From Octopus vulgaris (taxonomy: Eukaryota), in assembly GCA_951406725.2 (NCBI GenBank), contig OX597825.1:47244001-47308000 (forward strand): 64,000 nt of DNA, written 5' to 3'. This document shows positions 38,757-52,050 of the stretch, piece by piece; position 1 is the first letter of the stretch, and each line of letters opens with the position of its first letter. The translations under genes were made by a program, and so were the position numbers. The notes below the pieces were generated by a model that was given only the letters and a program-made list of their open reading frames with translations, was not told where the DNA came from and searched no databases.

Positions 38757-38887
38757 ATTCTTTAACAAGAATAGTATTGACATTGACTTCGAAGCTACGA
38801 CCAATTAAGGCATCATCAGACTGTTCGATGGTGGCTCGGCTGGCCAAAACTTCAAAGTCACTGTCAATATCATTCTTGTTAAAGAAT
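38757..38887. repeat. ~47-bp imperfect inverted repeat (~130-nt hairpin)
   Basis: ATTCTTTAACAAGAATAGTATTGACATTGACTTCGAAG.. pairs with ..CTTCAAAGTCACTGTCAATATCATTCTTGTTAAAGAAT. Confidence 0.85.
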
Positions 38888-39419
38888 AATAAATACACAC
38901 ACAAGCCCGCGTGCTTGTGTGTGTGTGTACGTGTGAGTGTGTATGTGTGTGTGTGTGTTTGTATGACTTAGCGAAGAAAAAAGTGTTGAGTACCTGAAGG
39001 AGTGTCTAAACATTTAAATTCAGTTTGCTGTTAAAATGTTAAAAAGTTTTTGAATTTAAATGTTTCCAGTTGTGAGCTGAGTTACTTCTTCAACAGTAAA
39101 ACAACAGCTTGTATAAAAAAATTAAAAAAATAAAAAGTGAAAAAGCAGTTTAGATGTTGAATTGTCTTCTGATTGGTTACTACAGAATTTAAGTCCATAT
39201 AATGAAATTTCCGTGGTATACCAAACAAATTCCGATATATATGGTTCAAAATTCATCAATCTCAAAGAATTTAGAATCATGGGAAAATACTAGATTCGCA
39301 CCACTTACATCAGTGCCCGAATATACATATTTTTATATCACCGCTATTTAGCCCTAGGAAACATCGACGCTTCCTGTCTGCCTTGACATATTTCCTGTAT
39401 AGCTTTAATGTTTTTTTTA

Positions 39420-39905
39420 AAAAACAAAAATTATTTACAGGTAGATTTCGGCATGTAAATATAGCCATTGACGGTAGGAGCTTTTATAAAAGTTCAATAT
39501 ATAGGTTTTTATATAAATAAAAGAGGCAGGCAACAGGTTGCTTAGCCACATACCGAAGATATTAGAAATAGCAGTCAAAGACTGTTTATTTCTATTTTCT
39601 ACAAATGAGAATCCACATACGACATATCCCTGTAATTCACATATGCAAAACAGAAGGAAGAAAAGTCTAATGGTTATTTACGAACGCGTTTCTAGATTAG
39701 GAATATAAACTCCATTTATATACAAAAATATGTATTGAAATTTTATAAAAGTTCCTAGCGTTAATGGTTATATTTACATGCCGAAATCTACCCGTAAATA
39801 ATTATTGTTTTTTTTTTAAAACCATTAAAGCTATTATTGACTCTTATTATATTACTAATTGAAATTTTCACTCCCTAATGACAACCCATAGTTCTATCTC
39901 TAAGG
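39420..39905. mobile_element. PLE-like repeat with inverted modules (family of 2277-2942)
   Basis: 39420-39495 is inverted at 39740-39820; the internal module is the reverse of 2760-2940. Confidence 0.65.
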
Positions 39906-39924
39906 CGAATAGTAATAGATGATA

Positions 39925-40110
<186 letters not shown>

Positions 40111-40125
40111 TCTAGAATAATAATA

Positions 40126-40615
40126 AAAGGTCACAGAAAACGAGAAAGCAACCATACTCTGGGATATGCCGATACACACAGATAGAGAAATTAAGGCCAA
40201 CAGACCAGATATAGTTGTCAGAGATCATGAAGAAAAAAATGCTTTCTAATTGATGTATAAATACCGGCAGATGACAACGTGTCTCTAAAAGAAATGGAGA
40301 AACTCTCAAAATACAAAGACCTGGAAATAGAGGTAACTAGAATGTGGAATCTGAAAACAGAAACAATTCCTATCATAGTAGGTGCATTAGGCATGATAAA
40401 AAAATATTCAGACAAATACATAACAAAAACACCAGGACTTACAAACACATATAACATACAGAAAATTGCACTACTAGGTACTGCACACATCCTACGCAGA
40501 ACACTTTCCATACAATAACCATCAGAGCATCACAACAAATCACAGCACATACCCAAGGCACACAGAGCTGCGCTCGGTAGTGAAGTGAAAGCACGCTATA
40601 AAAATAAAACTACTG
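40126..40615 (+). mobile_element. R4/Dong-clade non-LTR retrotransposon, 5'-truncated copy 1 (restriction-like endonuclease)
   Basis: ILWDMPIHTDREIKANRPDIVV..CFLIDV*IP.D.NVS.KE.EKLSKYKDL..E..RMW..IPIIVGALG..QKIALLGTAHILRR; flanked by (TAA)n. Confidence 0.9.
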
Positions 40616-40629
40616 AATAATAATAATAA

Positions 40630-40998
40630 TAATTGATGTATCAATACCGGCAGATGACAACGTATCTCTAAAAGAAATGGAGAAACTCTCAAAATACAAA
40701 GACCTGGAAATAGAGGTAACCAGAATGTGGAATCTAAAAACAGAAACAATTCCTATCATAGTAGGTGCATTAGGCATGATAAAAAAATATTCAGACAAAT
40801 ACATAACAAAAACACCAGGACTTACAAACACATATAACATACAGAAAATTGCACTACTAGGCACTGCACACATCCTACGCAGAACACTTTCCATACAATA
40901 ACCATCAGAGCATCACAACAAATCACAGCACATACCTAAGGCACACAGAGCTGCGCTCGGTAGTGAAGTGAAAGCACGCTATAAAAATAAAACTACTG
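40630..40998 (+). mobile_element. R4/Dong-clade non-LTR retrotransposon, 5'-truncated copy 2
   Basis: Nearly identical to the 3' ~370 bp of copy 1, lacks that copy's stop (DVSIP), same 3' end AAAACTACTG followed by (AAT)n. Confidence 0.9.
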
Positions 40999-41074
40999 AA
41001 TAATCATAATAATAATAATAATAACAATAACATCGAAAAATACCTTAGGAATGAGAATCCAGATTCGAAATTTC

Positions 41075-41127
41075 CCTAAGACACCTAATGAAGGCTGGAG
41101 GGTATATCAGCCGAAACGTTGTCTTAA
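41075..41127 (+). ncRNA. Degenerate minimal hammerhead (G5->A)
   Basis: AAGACAC-CUAAUGA-A-GGCUG..CAGCC-GAAA-CG-UU-GUCUU. Confidence 0.6.
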
Positions 41128-42435
41128 CAACAAACAAGAAGAAGACAAATATTCGTCAATTGTAAATAATGTAAATAACCTATATTGCTTATTTCTAGCG
41201 ACGGAGATGTTTCAAACACCCTAGTCACATTTAGAGATAATTATATATATATGTATGTATGTATATATATATATACATATATATATACAGTCGCTTGATG
41301 CAATCAACGTCAACAGTCGGTTTTTGGACATTTGCAATGTTTCTTCAAATAATTAAATAATACGGAAATAAGTTATAGTTCAGAAAGGCATCCAAACAAG
41401 ACCGCCTCAAACATGGGTTTTGCTCAACTTTTGTTATTATGTAATCTCCAATTAAGTTAGGGGGGTAATTAGATTACAAAACGGTTGTTTCCTTTATGGG
41501 AAACAACTGAGATTAATTATTGAAATTTTGGAGGAGTAATAAAAGATGTAAAATTTTATATCTCACACCATGTTGTTAATTGAAATTAAAATTTAAAATG
41601 GAAATTTTAATTGGTAAATGTTATATTATCTTGTATAAAAGTAGAATTAAGAAACACTTAAATTTATAAATTAATAATTTAAAATAAATGTAACTTATAT
41701 CCTAATACACTGACTTGATTACTTCTAATATCAATCATAATTTCTTTGAAAGTTGCTTGTATGGATTCACATCCTGCTGTGTGTGGATGTAGATATTTAT
41801 TTTGGTTACACACTGCAAGCTCAGGAATATAATGATTTAAGTGTATAAATATTGGGTGAAAAAATTAAACAACTTTTGACTGTACAGGAAAACATAAATT
41901 TAAATGAAATGATTTATTTCGTCATTTTATAGCAGTTATATATTGATATACTCGTGGAATATATTTCTTTATTTGTATAACACTTACTCACTTAGAAAAA
42001 CAATAAAATAATAATAGTACACTGCGTCATTCAGTTGCGCAGCCCAAGATTAGAGAGCAGGGGTTGATTGAAAGGATTAAAAACCAAGTTTGATTTTCAA
42101 GTTTTTGGACCCTTTTCACGATTGCAATCCTGGAATTTACATAAACAATCAATTCGCAATTGGACCGTTTCCAAGACAGGACTATGTAAGATTGTAATTT
42201 TCATTTTTTCTCAGGTAAAGGCGAAGCGTCCGTTTCGTTCCTTCCATACAAGATTTTGACTGGCAGAGCAATAGGTTAAACCTTTTAGATGCTTAAATTA
42301 CTGCTGCATCTGTGATCCATTTGATTGTAAGATTATCTTCTTCTCTATCTTTTAGATACCAAGTGACTACGAAATGGAATTACAGTTGTGAATAGGTGAC
42401 TTTTATATATCGCCTCTGAATCAGTGTCTTGTAAG

Positions 42436-42479
<44 letters not shown>

Positions 42480-42941
42480 CGTAATACATGCAGCTTCTAC
42501 ACCGGCTCTATACACTAGCTCCTTCAATTATACGGTTTTTAATTAGCCAACGAGATATATTGATCGTTAAATAGTTATAGGGTTTTTTAAAGATAGGTTA
42601 TACGTTTATAATTTGCTTTTTCATCTTTACTTTTTTGATTTTTTGATTATATTTTTTTGTTAAATAATTTGGTAATTAGATATTGACTATAACTGTGATT
42701 AGGTTATTCGTGAGTTTATTATGCTTTTTTGAAGCCATGTCATATCTGAATATACACATTTTCTATCTATTTTTACCTTAAAAATTAATATTTAACATTA
42801 TAATTGGATTGTATGGCATAATCATAATTGTTAAAGTCTCTAGTTTGATAATAGAGTTTTTTATAAGAAAAATTATTATTTTATTTATTTCTCAAAAAAT
42901 ATTGTTTAAATATATTTGATTATTTATTTAACTATTATCAT

Positions 42942-43041
42942 TAACCTGAATATTGACTATAACTGTAATTCGAATTTTTAATTGAATTTAAATTATTGAA
43001 ATTCGAATTGGGTTGTGGCCATGAAACGTACGTAGTGGTTT
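42942..43041 (+). ncRNA. Degenerate hammerhead with long stem II in an AT-rich PLE-like UTR
   Basis: CUGAAUA-U then UGACUAUAAC/GUUGUGGCCA and AAUUCGAAUUU/AAAUUCGAAUU pairings, then GAAACGUACGUA. Confidence 0.4.
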
Positions 43042-44023
43042 TACTTATTATATTATATTAAACTTTTTAATACTTTTTGATAGTTATATATATTTTAAAA
43101 AAATTAAAAGTTTAAAAGTTTAAAAATTTATTAATTTAAAATTTTAAAAATATTTAAAAAATAAAAAATATAAAAATTGATAAATATAAATTAAAAATGT
43201 TAAATTTAAATAATTTAAATTTTAAATTTTTATATTTTATATATTTTGTATATTATATTAATTATTTTTATTTTTATGTTTTGGTTTATGTTTTTCACTG
43301 TTTGATTTGCCTAATAGTGTTTACTATTATATGTAACATACATATTCTTGTTTATATTTAGTGTATGTTTTAAATTAAATTCTTTGAATATACTACTTAA
43401 CATGGCATGTCAGTTCATTATATGAGACACAGCGTGTCACTTGTTATTGCCTAGTTGTGGAATCTTAGTGCATGTGTTATATATATTTCTACAACATCCA
43501 ATATTTTTACACCGTAGATACATATTGATACATCGAAAGTATATTTCCGTGTTTCATAATTCTAAAGTAATTAAAATGGGTTAAAGATAATTTTCCTGAG
43601 TTTATCATTATATTAGTATCAGTGTTCGTTACTGTGCTATATATGTTTCTGAGTACCAGAGCTTCTAGTCGAAGCTTACTAAAAAACTTATATTATCATC
43701 TCACCAATGCTACGGTTTCATCAATAATATTTAAGATATCCTCTCCATATTTACGCTTTTTTCAACAACCTCAACTTCTGTGGTCCTTTTAATAGTGACT
43801 CATTACTGGATTTCTATGCACCCACATATCACCGGGGTCAGACAAGGAGGATATCGAGTTTTGACGCTATATTGAATTTCATTGCATATGTTCTTGTCAA
43901 CAAGGCCTATAAAGACATGGAAACACTGAATAACGCTGTAGATTAGCATCAGCTATATATATATATATACATATTTATATTCATTTTGCAAGATTCTTCG
44001 TGTCAATTTGTGTGTTGAAACAG

Positions 44024-44388
44024 ATATTGTTGTATTTGGGGATTAACATGTTGCCAGTTTAGCCAATAAAAACACACGCACTATATATTTGGTGTCCACT
44101 TACTTCAGCTTTATTTTATATTAATTGTACTTCGACCAGAGTTCTTTTGTCACACTTTTGTCACCTCATCAGTGGCTCTTTGTTTTCTTCAAAATGGCAT
44201 ATCGTTAGGAAGGAGAGATACAGAAAAGAAAGAAGAAAGCAAAGGAACACTGATAAGGTCAAAGAAGTGTGACGAAAGAACTCTGACCGAAATACAATTA
44301 ATATAAAATAAAGCTGAAGCAAGTGAACACCAAATGTATAGGTTATGTGTTTTCATTGGCTAAACTGGCAACATGACCGTCACCAAAT

Positions 44389-44398
<10 letters not shown>
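44024..44398. mobile_element. ~165-bp inverted repeat pair, each arm with a decayed minimal hammerhead
   Basis: 44024-44190 versus 44232-44398; cores CTGATGA..AAAA (left, -) and CTGATAA..GAAA (right, +). Confidence 0.75.
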
Positions 44399-44440
<42 letters not shown>

Positions 44441-44973
44441 GAGTGTATTTTTACCTTGTTAACAATTAATACAAGAATGTTAATTGTAAACAAGGTAAAA
44501 ATACAAGAAACTGTCTCCTCCGCAATTCTGAGCTATTTTTCATTATTTTTTCTAAAAATACTCTAGTAAACACGGTTATAGAGCGAGCATACAGATGTAA
44601 GCATTGGCAAAAACATACGTTTAGTGCATATAAATAGTCTCTATCATTATATATAATTTAAACTTTAATGTCCTTTATATTTAACATTCACTATTAATAT
44701 CCCTACTCTTTCTGTTAGCTACTTATGACGTTATATCATATAACGTTTTTTTAAACAATATTAATAGCGTTCTGTCAATCGCTATACAAATCCATCATTT
44801 TTTGCTAAAATGTCTTATTGACGAGTTTCGTTCTTTTCACTTTCCTGGGGAGAAGATTGCATTGTTTATACCATTTATTCTTTTGAATAGTATCAGTAGA
44901 ATTTTCGAAACATGTGTCGAAAGTAAAAATATTTGATTACACCTGCGTTAAACTCCATTTATTTATTCACACA

Positions 44974-45011
<38 letters not shown>

Positions 45012-45189
45012 TATATATATGTATGTATATATATATTTGTATGTATGTATGTATGTATATATATATATATCTATACATACATATATGTATGTATATGTAT
45101 ATATATATGGATATATATACATATATATATTTATATATCTCTGTCTCTATCTATATCTACCTGTCTGTCTATCTATCTATCTATCTCTC

Positions 45190-45252
<63 letters not shown>

Positions 45253-45255
45253 ATA

Positions 45256-46156
45256 CATAGTGTGGTGAATAAACGGTCGTCTAAATTACGCAAAAGCAAC
45301 ACTGACATCTCATTTTAACAGATATATTTACAAAAATTATATTAAAATATCTTGAGATATTAAACAGTGTTTATCTTGAAATACTAAACAGTGTGACAAT
45401 TCAATAAGATTGTCATTGGCTTAAACCACGGCTCCAGACGACTTCGGAATCTCCTGCAACTCTTCTGGACGGTCTCCTTGTTTAAGTTGATGATTGCTGC
45501 CATAATCCTTGCTTTCAGTTCATCTTTGGTGTTACAAGGAGTTTTGTTGTTCTCTCGCTCAACTGCACCCCACACATAATAACCAAGGGTGTTGCAGTCT
45601 AAAGAGTTAGGTGGCCAGATGTTAGGGGTAATGTGGTCGTAGAAATTGCCTGACAGCCATGACTGTATGGAATAGCTTGCTTGTATGGAATAGTGCAGAG
45701 TCCTGTTTCTAGACATAGGGTCTTCAGCAACCATCCTCTTGACCCAGGGCAGCACTACCTCCTTCAGGCATTCGATGTAGGCCTCCGTAATGAGTCTAAG
45801 GTTGTGTGGGAAGATGGAGCCATAACGTCGCCATCACTAGTGATCACTCCAAACACCATGCTGTTGACTGGATGTTTGACTTTTATCACGCGGTACGTTT
45901 TGGTGACACGGCACGTCAACAGATTTACACACAACACTCTGAAATGTTTGTATTGGAGCTTCCGGCGCGAATACCAAGCAATACAACATATCGTTTCCAA
46001 ATTTCTGGCAGAATGAATGGTGTCATAGAGCTGCTTTTCTCACAGACGGTGCTTAACTGACCCTACAATACTGTGTAGTCGCCAAAATCAAAACAAACAA
46101 TGCGCATGCACGAAATTAAAAATATAAAATGGCGACAATTTACCCATCGCACCCTG
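45256..46156 (-). mobile_element. maT/DD37D-type Tc1/mariner, internally deleted, with degenerate TIRs and TA flanks
   Basis: KHPVNSMVFGVITSDGDVM; WLSGNFYDHITPNIWPPNSLDCNTLGYYVWGAVE..NTKDELKARI. Ends CATAGTGTGGTGAATAAACGGTCG / CGACAATTTACCCATCGCACCCTG. Confidence 0.85.
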
Positions 46157-46184
46157 TACAGATACCTGGTATACAAAATTGCGG

Positions 46185-46845
46185 CAATATTTAATTAAAA
46201 TAGCCATCAGCCAATAATACTTAAAGCATTCACACTATCTACAGACCAGTTGCTGCAGTATTTGTCCTGAGATAACTTTTCTTGTGGACTTACTGTGTTA
46301 AAAACAATAAACATCAGTGACGAAAATGTGTTACTGCAGCGGCCAGCGAACGCTCCAGAGGCATTTCGGCATTTTTAGCCTTTTCAACTAACATTCACTG
46401 ATGTTGTGAATAGCTGCTCGGCTGGTTAAGAATCTGGTATATGCAACTAAGGCAGTATTTGATTAAAATGGTCATCAGTATATCATGCGTTATATATACC
46501 CACTGTTAATAAGTAGCTTACTGCAGTATTTATCCTGAGATAGCATTTCTGGGAAGCTTTTCTTGTGTTAAAAACGCAATAAGTATCAGAGAAACGAAAC
46601 TCCGTCCCTGTAGGGATCAGCAAGAGCGCCACATGCCTCTTTTCAATATTTGAGATGCAATGAATTCTCGTCCAACGAAATGCATTTGGCACCCCGTTGG
46701 GATGAATTTTCGTCTCTTTCCGATATTGTGTTTGTAAGACAGCAAGTCCCAAAAAGATATTGCAGGACAAATACGACAGTAACCTGCCTATCATCAGAGT
46801 GTTTAGATGAGTTATTATACAAACATGGCTACTTTAATTAAATAC
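46185..46845. repeat. Three diverged ~140-bp units (two direct, one inverted)
   Basis: TTAAAAT.GCCATCAG..CTGCAGTATTT.TCCTGAGATA..TGTGTTAAAAAC at ~46185-46330 and ~46455-46600; reverse copy at ~46700-46845 includes CTGATGA on the minus strand. Confidence 0.6.
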
Positions 46846-46891
46846 TTCCTCAATTGCATATAATGAATTTTTTTAGTATGATACATTTATA

Positions 46892-46960
<69 letters not shown>

Positions 46961-48565
46961 GTTGATGTGTGCGAGTGTGTTAATGTTCGTATTTTTTCCT
47001 GTATTTGTGTGTATGCATACATGTATATATGTAGTTGCATATGTAAGTGTTTGTGAGAGAGAGCTAACAAGAGGGAGAAAGTTTATATACATATTCACTT
47101 GAAGTGCATATCTTGCTTGACAAAAACTGAAAATAATTATGAAATATACTTTTATGTTGTACAAGGTCATACAGAATTGCGTCATTTGTATATAAAACAT
47201 AAATACAAATATATAAAACCCATGTAGTAATCCAAAACAGCTTGACTGAAATAAATATGTATGAATTCAGACTAGTTGTTTTATTTTTACTTCTCTTGTT
47301 TGTAGCCACTTAACTTCGTGTTTTTTACCATCTTTTTTGTTCATGCACTGGGAAAATACGAGAACTTGAACATATTTTTATTTCGTCAGTACGTTTCAGA
47401 GTTTGTTTCTTGATCTTAGAAACGCCTTACAATATGTTCGGGTGACTTGATAAAACATCTAGTTTTCGAATTCTTTATATTTAAATGGCTAAAAATCGGT
47501 TTCTCATGTACTCTTAGAATGAAATCATACTCATAGAGCGTCTATATTCCAGAGAAACAAGAAAAAATGGAGCAACTTTACAGTAACTGGTTTTGCGTGA
47601 ACACAGTGTCAATATGATATAAACCTTTCTCACATACATCAATAAATATGAAGGTTTGTAAATTTTGAAAACAGACGTAAGTGACGGAAACTTAAAATAT
47701 TTCACGATTGTACTTAAAGCACAATATAAGAGTAATTTTGTGGAAAATTTATAAGCTTTAATGGAATTAAATTATTTCAGAACGATAACAAAATACGTGG
47801 TGGTTATTATTTAATTTTGATATCATTCATTTAGAGGTAGCATTTGTAAGTTTGTGAAGTCACCAGCATATTTATCGTGATACATTCACGAGGTTGGTTG
47901 TTAGTCAAGGCTTCGAGAGTCCAAATCCACCATGTGCACTGATTTAAATGCCAATCTCGTTCAATCCATTGTTTTATATCTTTGTATTTTTACTCCTGAG
48001 AATTTTAGTGTTGAGGTGGCGCAACCATCGGTGTTTTTATTAAGGGGTTGCCGACCAAGTCTGAAGTGACCCCTGCTCCTTTGAGATGCCAACCTGGGAT
48101 TTCTACTAAAAATTCCACTAAAATTCTTTAAGGTGCAGCTCAAGCATGGCTGCAGTCAAATGACTGAAACATGTAAGATAATAAAATAAAGGAATGAAAG
48201 AATATATATATATACACATACACACACACGTCAAGATCACCAGCCCTCTTTCACGCTCACCTACGTACTCTCTTACACAAACGCACACCTTCGTTTTGGG
48301 ATCACTACTACTTTGTTATCTCCCCTTCTTCTTAGCTCTCTTGTGTGACCCTTCTGTCCGGCATTCGCCATGATAGATCGCTAACCACTATCCACATTTG
48401 TTTTCTCTCCTTGTTTCTCTCCTTGTTTCTTTCTGTGTTCCTTTCTATGGAAGAGCGTAGGCTTGAAACATTAAAGACTTTTTCAATTCCCGAGCGTTAT
48501 ACTAATACATCTGTTTGTTTTCTACACTACCTATCTTCGTCTTTTGTTTTTTCTTTGTGAATTCT

Positions 48566-48604
<39 letters not shown>

Positions 48605-48610
48605 CATATA

Positions 48611-49869
48611 TTGGGTTAGCAAGTAAGTTCCCGCCGTTATTTTAAATTTTGGAATTTATTGCGTTTTTAAATTTTGGAATCTATTTTTTTCTAGAATTCT
48701 ATTTTTGAATCATTTTGGAATCAATTTTGTTTTTTTTTCTGGTTAATTTTAGTTAATTTTTGTTTATTTTCAGTTCATTAAAATAGAATGTCAAGTTTTA
48801 AAAAAAACGAGCATTTTCGACACCTCCTTTTTTTGCTGTTAATCAAGGTTCTAAGGCTGCAAAAGCTGCTCGCGTCATTTGAGCTGTGTATGGAGAGGGT
48901 GCCGTAGCTGAAATAACCGCTCGTGATTGGTATGCCAAATTCAAAAATGGAAATTTTGACCTCAAAGACGCACCTCGTTCTGGCCATCCAGTTGAGTTCG
49001 ATGAAGAGCGATTAAACCAACTTCTACACGAAAATTCTCGTCAAATGACAAGGGAACTGGCAGAGAGAATGAAATGCTCCCACACTGCTATAGAGAAGCA
49101 TCTTCACTCGATGGGAGATGTTTAGAAGTATGGAGCATGGGTTCTGCATGCTTTAAGTGACAACAACAAAAATCAACGAGCCACAATCTCAGCTGGTTTG
49201 CTAACTGGTCATCGCTCAACTCAGGGACATAAGCAACGAATCGTTACTGGCGACGAAAATGGTGCCTGTACATCAATATTAAGCAGCGTGAAGAATAGCT
49301 TAACTCTGGTAAACAAGCGGGCACCGCGCGTGAAACAAGATATTCATCCGCGTAAAACGATGTTGTGCGTATGGTGGGATTGGGAAGGAATTATCCATTA
49401 CGAATTGCTTCAACGGAACCAAACGGTCAACGCGGAACTCTATGTCCAACAGAGAAAAGACCTAATCTCGGCAGCATGGAGTTCTTCTGCTGCACGACAA
49501 CGCTCCCCCCTCATATCGCCAATATGACCAAAGAAGCCATCAAATTCATGGCTGGGAAGTGCTACCACACTCGCCGTACTCTCCTGATTTGGCACCAACG
49601 GATTTCCACCTCTTTCGATCTCTTTTAAATGCTATGCGCGGTGTTTCGTTCAATACTGATGCAGAATTGAGAGCTTGGTTGGATCAATTTTTCGAGTTGA
49701 AATTGGGTGACTTCTACCAACGAGGTATGGAAAATCTTGTTGAACGTTGGGAAGTTGTAAACAACAAGGGTGAATACATTATTGATTAATTAGTTGTTAT
49801 TTTTTTTATTAAACCTGTTAAAAATTTTGAATTAAAAAAAAAACGGCGAGAACTTAGTTGCCAACCCAA
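48611..49869 (+). mobile_element. Full-length mariner (DD34D) with ~28-bp TIRs and TA duplication; transposase pseudogene 48788-49789
   Basis: TIRs TTGGGTTAGCAAGTAAGTTCCCGCCGTT / AACGGCGAGAACTTAGTTGCCAACCCAA. Motifs W..KFKNG.FDL.D.PRSG.P, WVLHAL, RIVTGDE, MLCVWWD, HDNA, HSPYSPDLAPTDFHLF; stops and frameshifts. Confidence 0.95.
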
Positions 49870-49922
49870 TATATAAGATATAAATTTTAAGAATATAGCA
49901 CCATAAGAGGTGGAATTATAAT

Positions 49923-50357
49923 TATGAAGTGAATGTACACGAAGTACGTTCTAGAAATAGCAGACAAGTTATCGGTGCTATGTAGAGCTTCGCTGAATGT
50001 TTAACAGGATAGATGTTTGCGGGCAGTGAAAATGGGAACATTCGGTCTTACCTCTACGATGTAAAGCAAAGATGTAGTGAATATGTTGGAAATTTCGGTC
50101 GTTACGGCACATCCTACTGATGAGAAACAATCAGATTCATGTGCATATACACACGTGATCTGAAGATTTCAAAACTGCAGTCTTGGATTATCCTCCATTC
50201 CCCTAATGGCCATCGTAGAAGTAAGACAGAATGTTCTTATATTCACCGGCCGCAAACATCTCTGCCTGTTAAACATTCAGCGAAGCTCTTCATTGCACCG
50301 ATAACTTATCAGCTGCTATTTCTAGCAAAGAACGTACTTCGTGTACATTCACTTCAT
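49923..50357. repeat. ~150-bp imperfect inverted repeats with a 140-bp spacer (MITE- or pLTR-like)
   Basis: TATGAAGTGAATGTACACGAAGTACGTTCT..CTACGATG versus CATCGTAG..AGAACGTACTTCGTGTACATTCACTTCATA. Confidence 0.85.
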
Positions 50358-50518
50358 ATTTACACACACACATTCACTCACACACACGTATATACACGTA
50401 CATATATATATATATTTACACATACATACATACATACATACATACATACATGCATACATACATACATACATACATACATACATACATGCATACATGCATA
50501 CATACATACATACATACA

Positions 50519-50552
<34 letters not shown>

Positions 50553-50795
50553 CATACATACAGACAGACAGACGCCTGCTGGGTTCAGCTGCTCTACATC
50601 ACCCCGAATACCCCGAAACTAGTCTGCAGCTGCGAGACCAGCAAGGAGAAGCGGCTGACCTCTCCTGTTCGAAGGTTGTAATGGACACAGGTGCGTGTGT
50701 CACATAGCTAGCCAGAGTCGATGGCTTCTTGGAGCTAATCAACGGCAGCATTCGTCCTATTTTCCTGGACTGCCATGTTAACTATCTATCTATAC

Positions 50796-50869
<74 letters not shown>

Positions 50870-50870
<1 letters not shown>

Positions 50871-52050
50871 CTGGATATGCCCAGGAAGAGAAGGAGTCCT
50901 TATGACATGGTAGGATAGGAGACTCGAGCAACGGTTAGCAGAGAGCTCCATAATTCTAAGCCTGCACTCTCGCTATGTTGACGATATAAACATAGTAGCA
51001 AAAGTGATATTTACCCGTGGGGTTACACAGAAGAGGAGGTATTCAAGACAAAACCGCGAACACTGGAGGACTTGGAGACACGGATTCAGGAGGTTCTCAA
51101 TGATATCCCAGACGACGTCCTTCAGAACATTGTTTATTCCATCCCTGGCCGTTTGAGGGAACATACTCTTGCTATGTTGAAGATATCAACATAATACCAA
51201 AAGCACCTCCACATGAACCTGAACTTGGATCATGGAGATCATCCAGCAAAGAGCTAACTCCATCCACCTGAGTATTAAGGTAACAATAGATTACTCTAGA
51301 AAGCATCCCAACTACAGATTACCTGTTTTAGATACTGAACTAGAAACTAGGAATTACAAGGTCCACATTCTCCATTCTCTCTATACCAAACCCATGGCCT
51401 CCAAATACATGTAGTTTTCTGAGTAAAACCAAAGAGACGGGATCAGAGTGTTCAAAGGAGCCATGACAATATTCAAGACCATCTTAGAATGACGCAAATA
51501 AGATCTGTTCACTATACAGGATTAAATCATGGAATAGCATAGAGAGGACTTAGAAGATAGGCAAGGCCAACTTATGGTATGACAGCCAAAACTACTAGAG
51601 TGTCAGGTTCGTCGACGGAGGAGAACCAGCGTATCATTTCAGAAAAGCTTCAGGTAAATTGTGTATTAGAAAGGCCAGGAACTCCCATAAAATCCATGAT
51701 CTGTAGAACATGCCCATTTGAAAGATCCCTCTGTAGTGAGAAGAACTGTATATTGTGAAGAGTAAACCCACAGATAAACTGCAAAGCTAGAAATGCATTC
51801 TATAGTATATGGTGTATAGAAGGTGCAGAAATAGGAAACATAGGTGAGAGGATAAGTGAACACTGGTGAGAACCCAAGGAAGAGAAAAGCTCATCGGTGC
51901 TATACCAACATGCTAAATTAGAACACTATAGATAACATAGATGTTAGGAACTTATCAAGACATAGAACAGACACGACACTCAGACAGATTACAGAGGTGA
52001 CACATAATAGAAAATAGACAACCCCAACAGAAAACGGGAACGAACTACTA
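50870..52050 (+). mobile_element. Decayed Penelope-like element (RT and GIY-YIG remnants)
   Basis: RYVDDIN; ANSIH.SIKVTIDY..HP..RLPVLD.EL..LYTKPMAS; C.A.N..Y.I.C..; ERISEH..SSVLYQH..EH. Confidence 0.75.
51005..51160 (+). mobile_element. Tc1-like transposase C-terminal fragment inserted in the PLE RT
   Basis: DIYPWGYTEEEVFKTKPRTLEDLETRIQEVLNDIP..LQNIVYSIPGRL (D..LWG.LK..V...P.TL..L...I pattern). Confidence 0.7.

Noticed and set aside
43060-43280. Near-pure A/T tract resembling an organellar control region or NUMT
   Set aside because: No mitochondrial gene or tRNA remnants nearby; more consistent with low-complexity repeat UTR
50570-50785. GC-richer island between microsatellites, possible exon or LTR-element fragment
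   Set aside because: No convincing splice sites or protein motif in any frame
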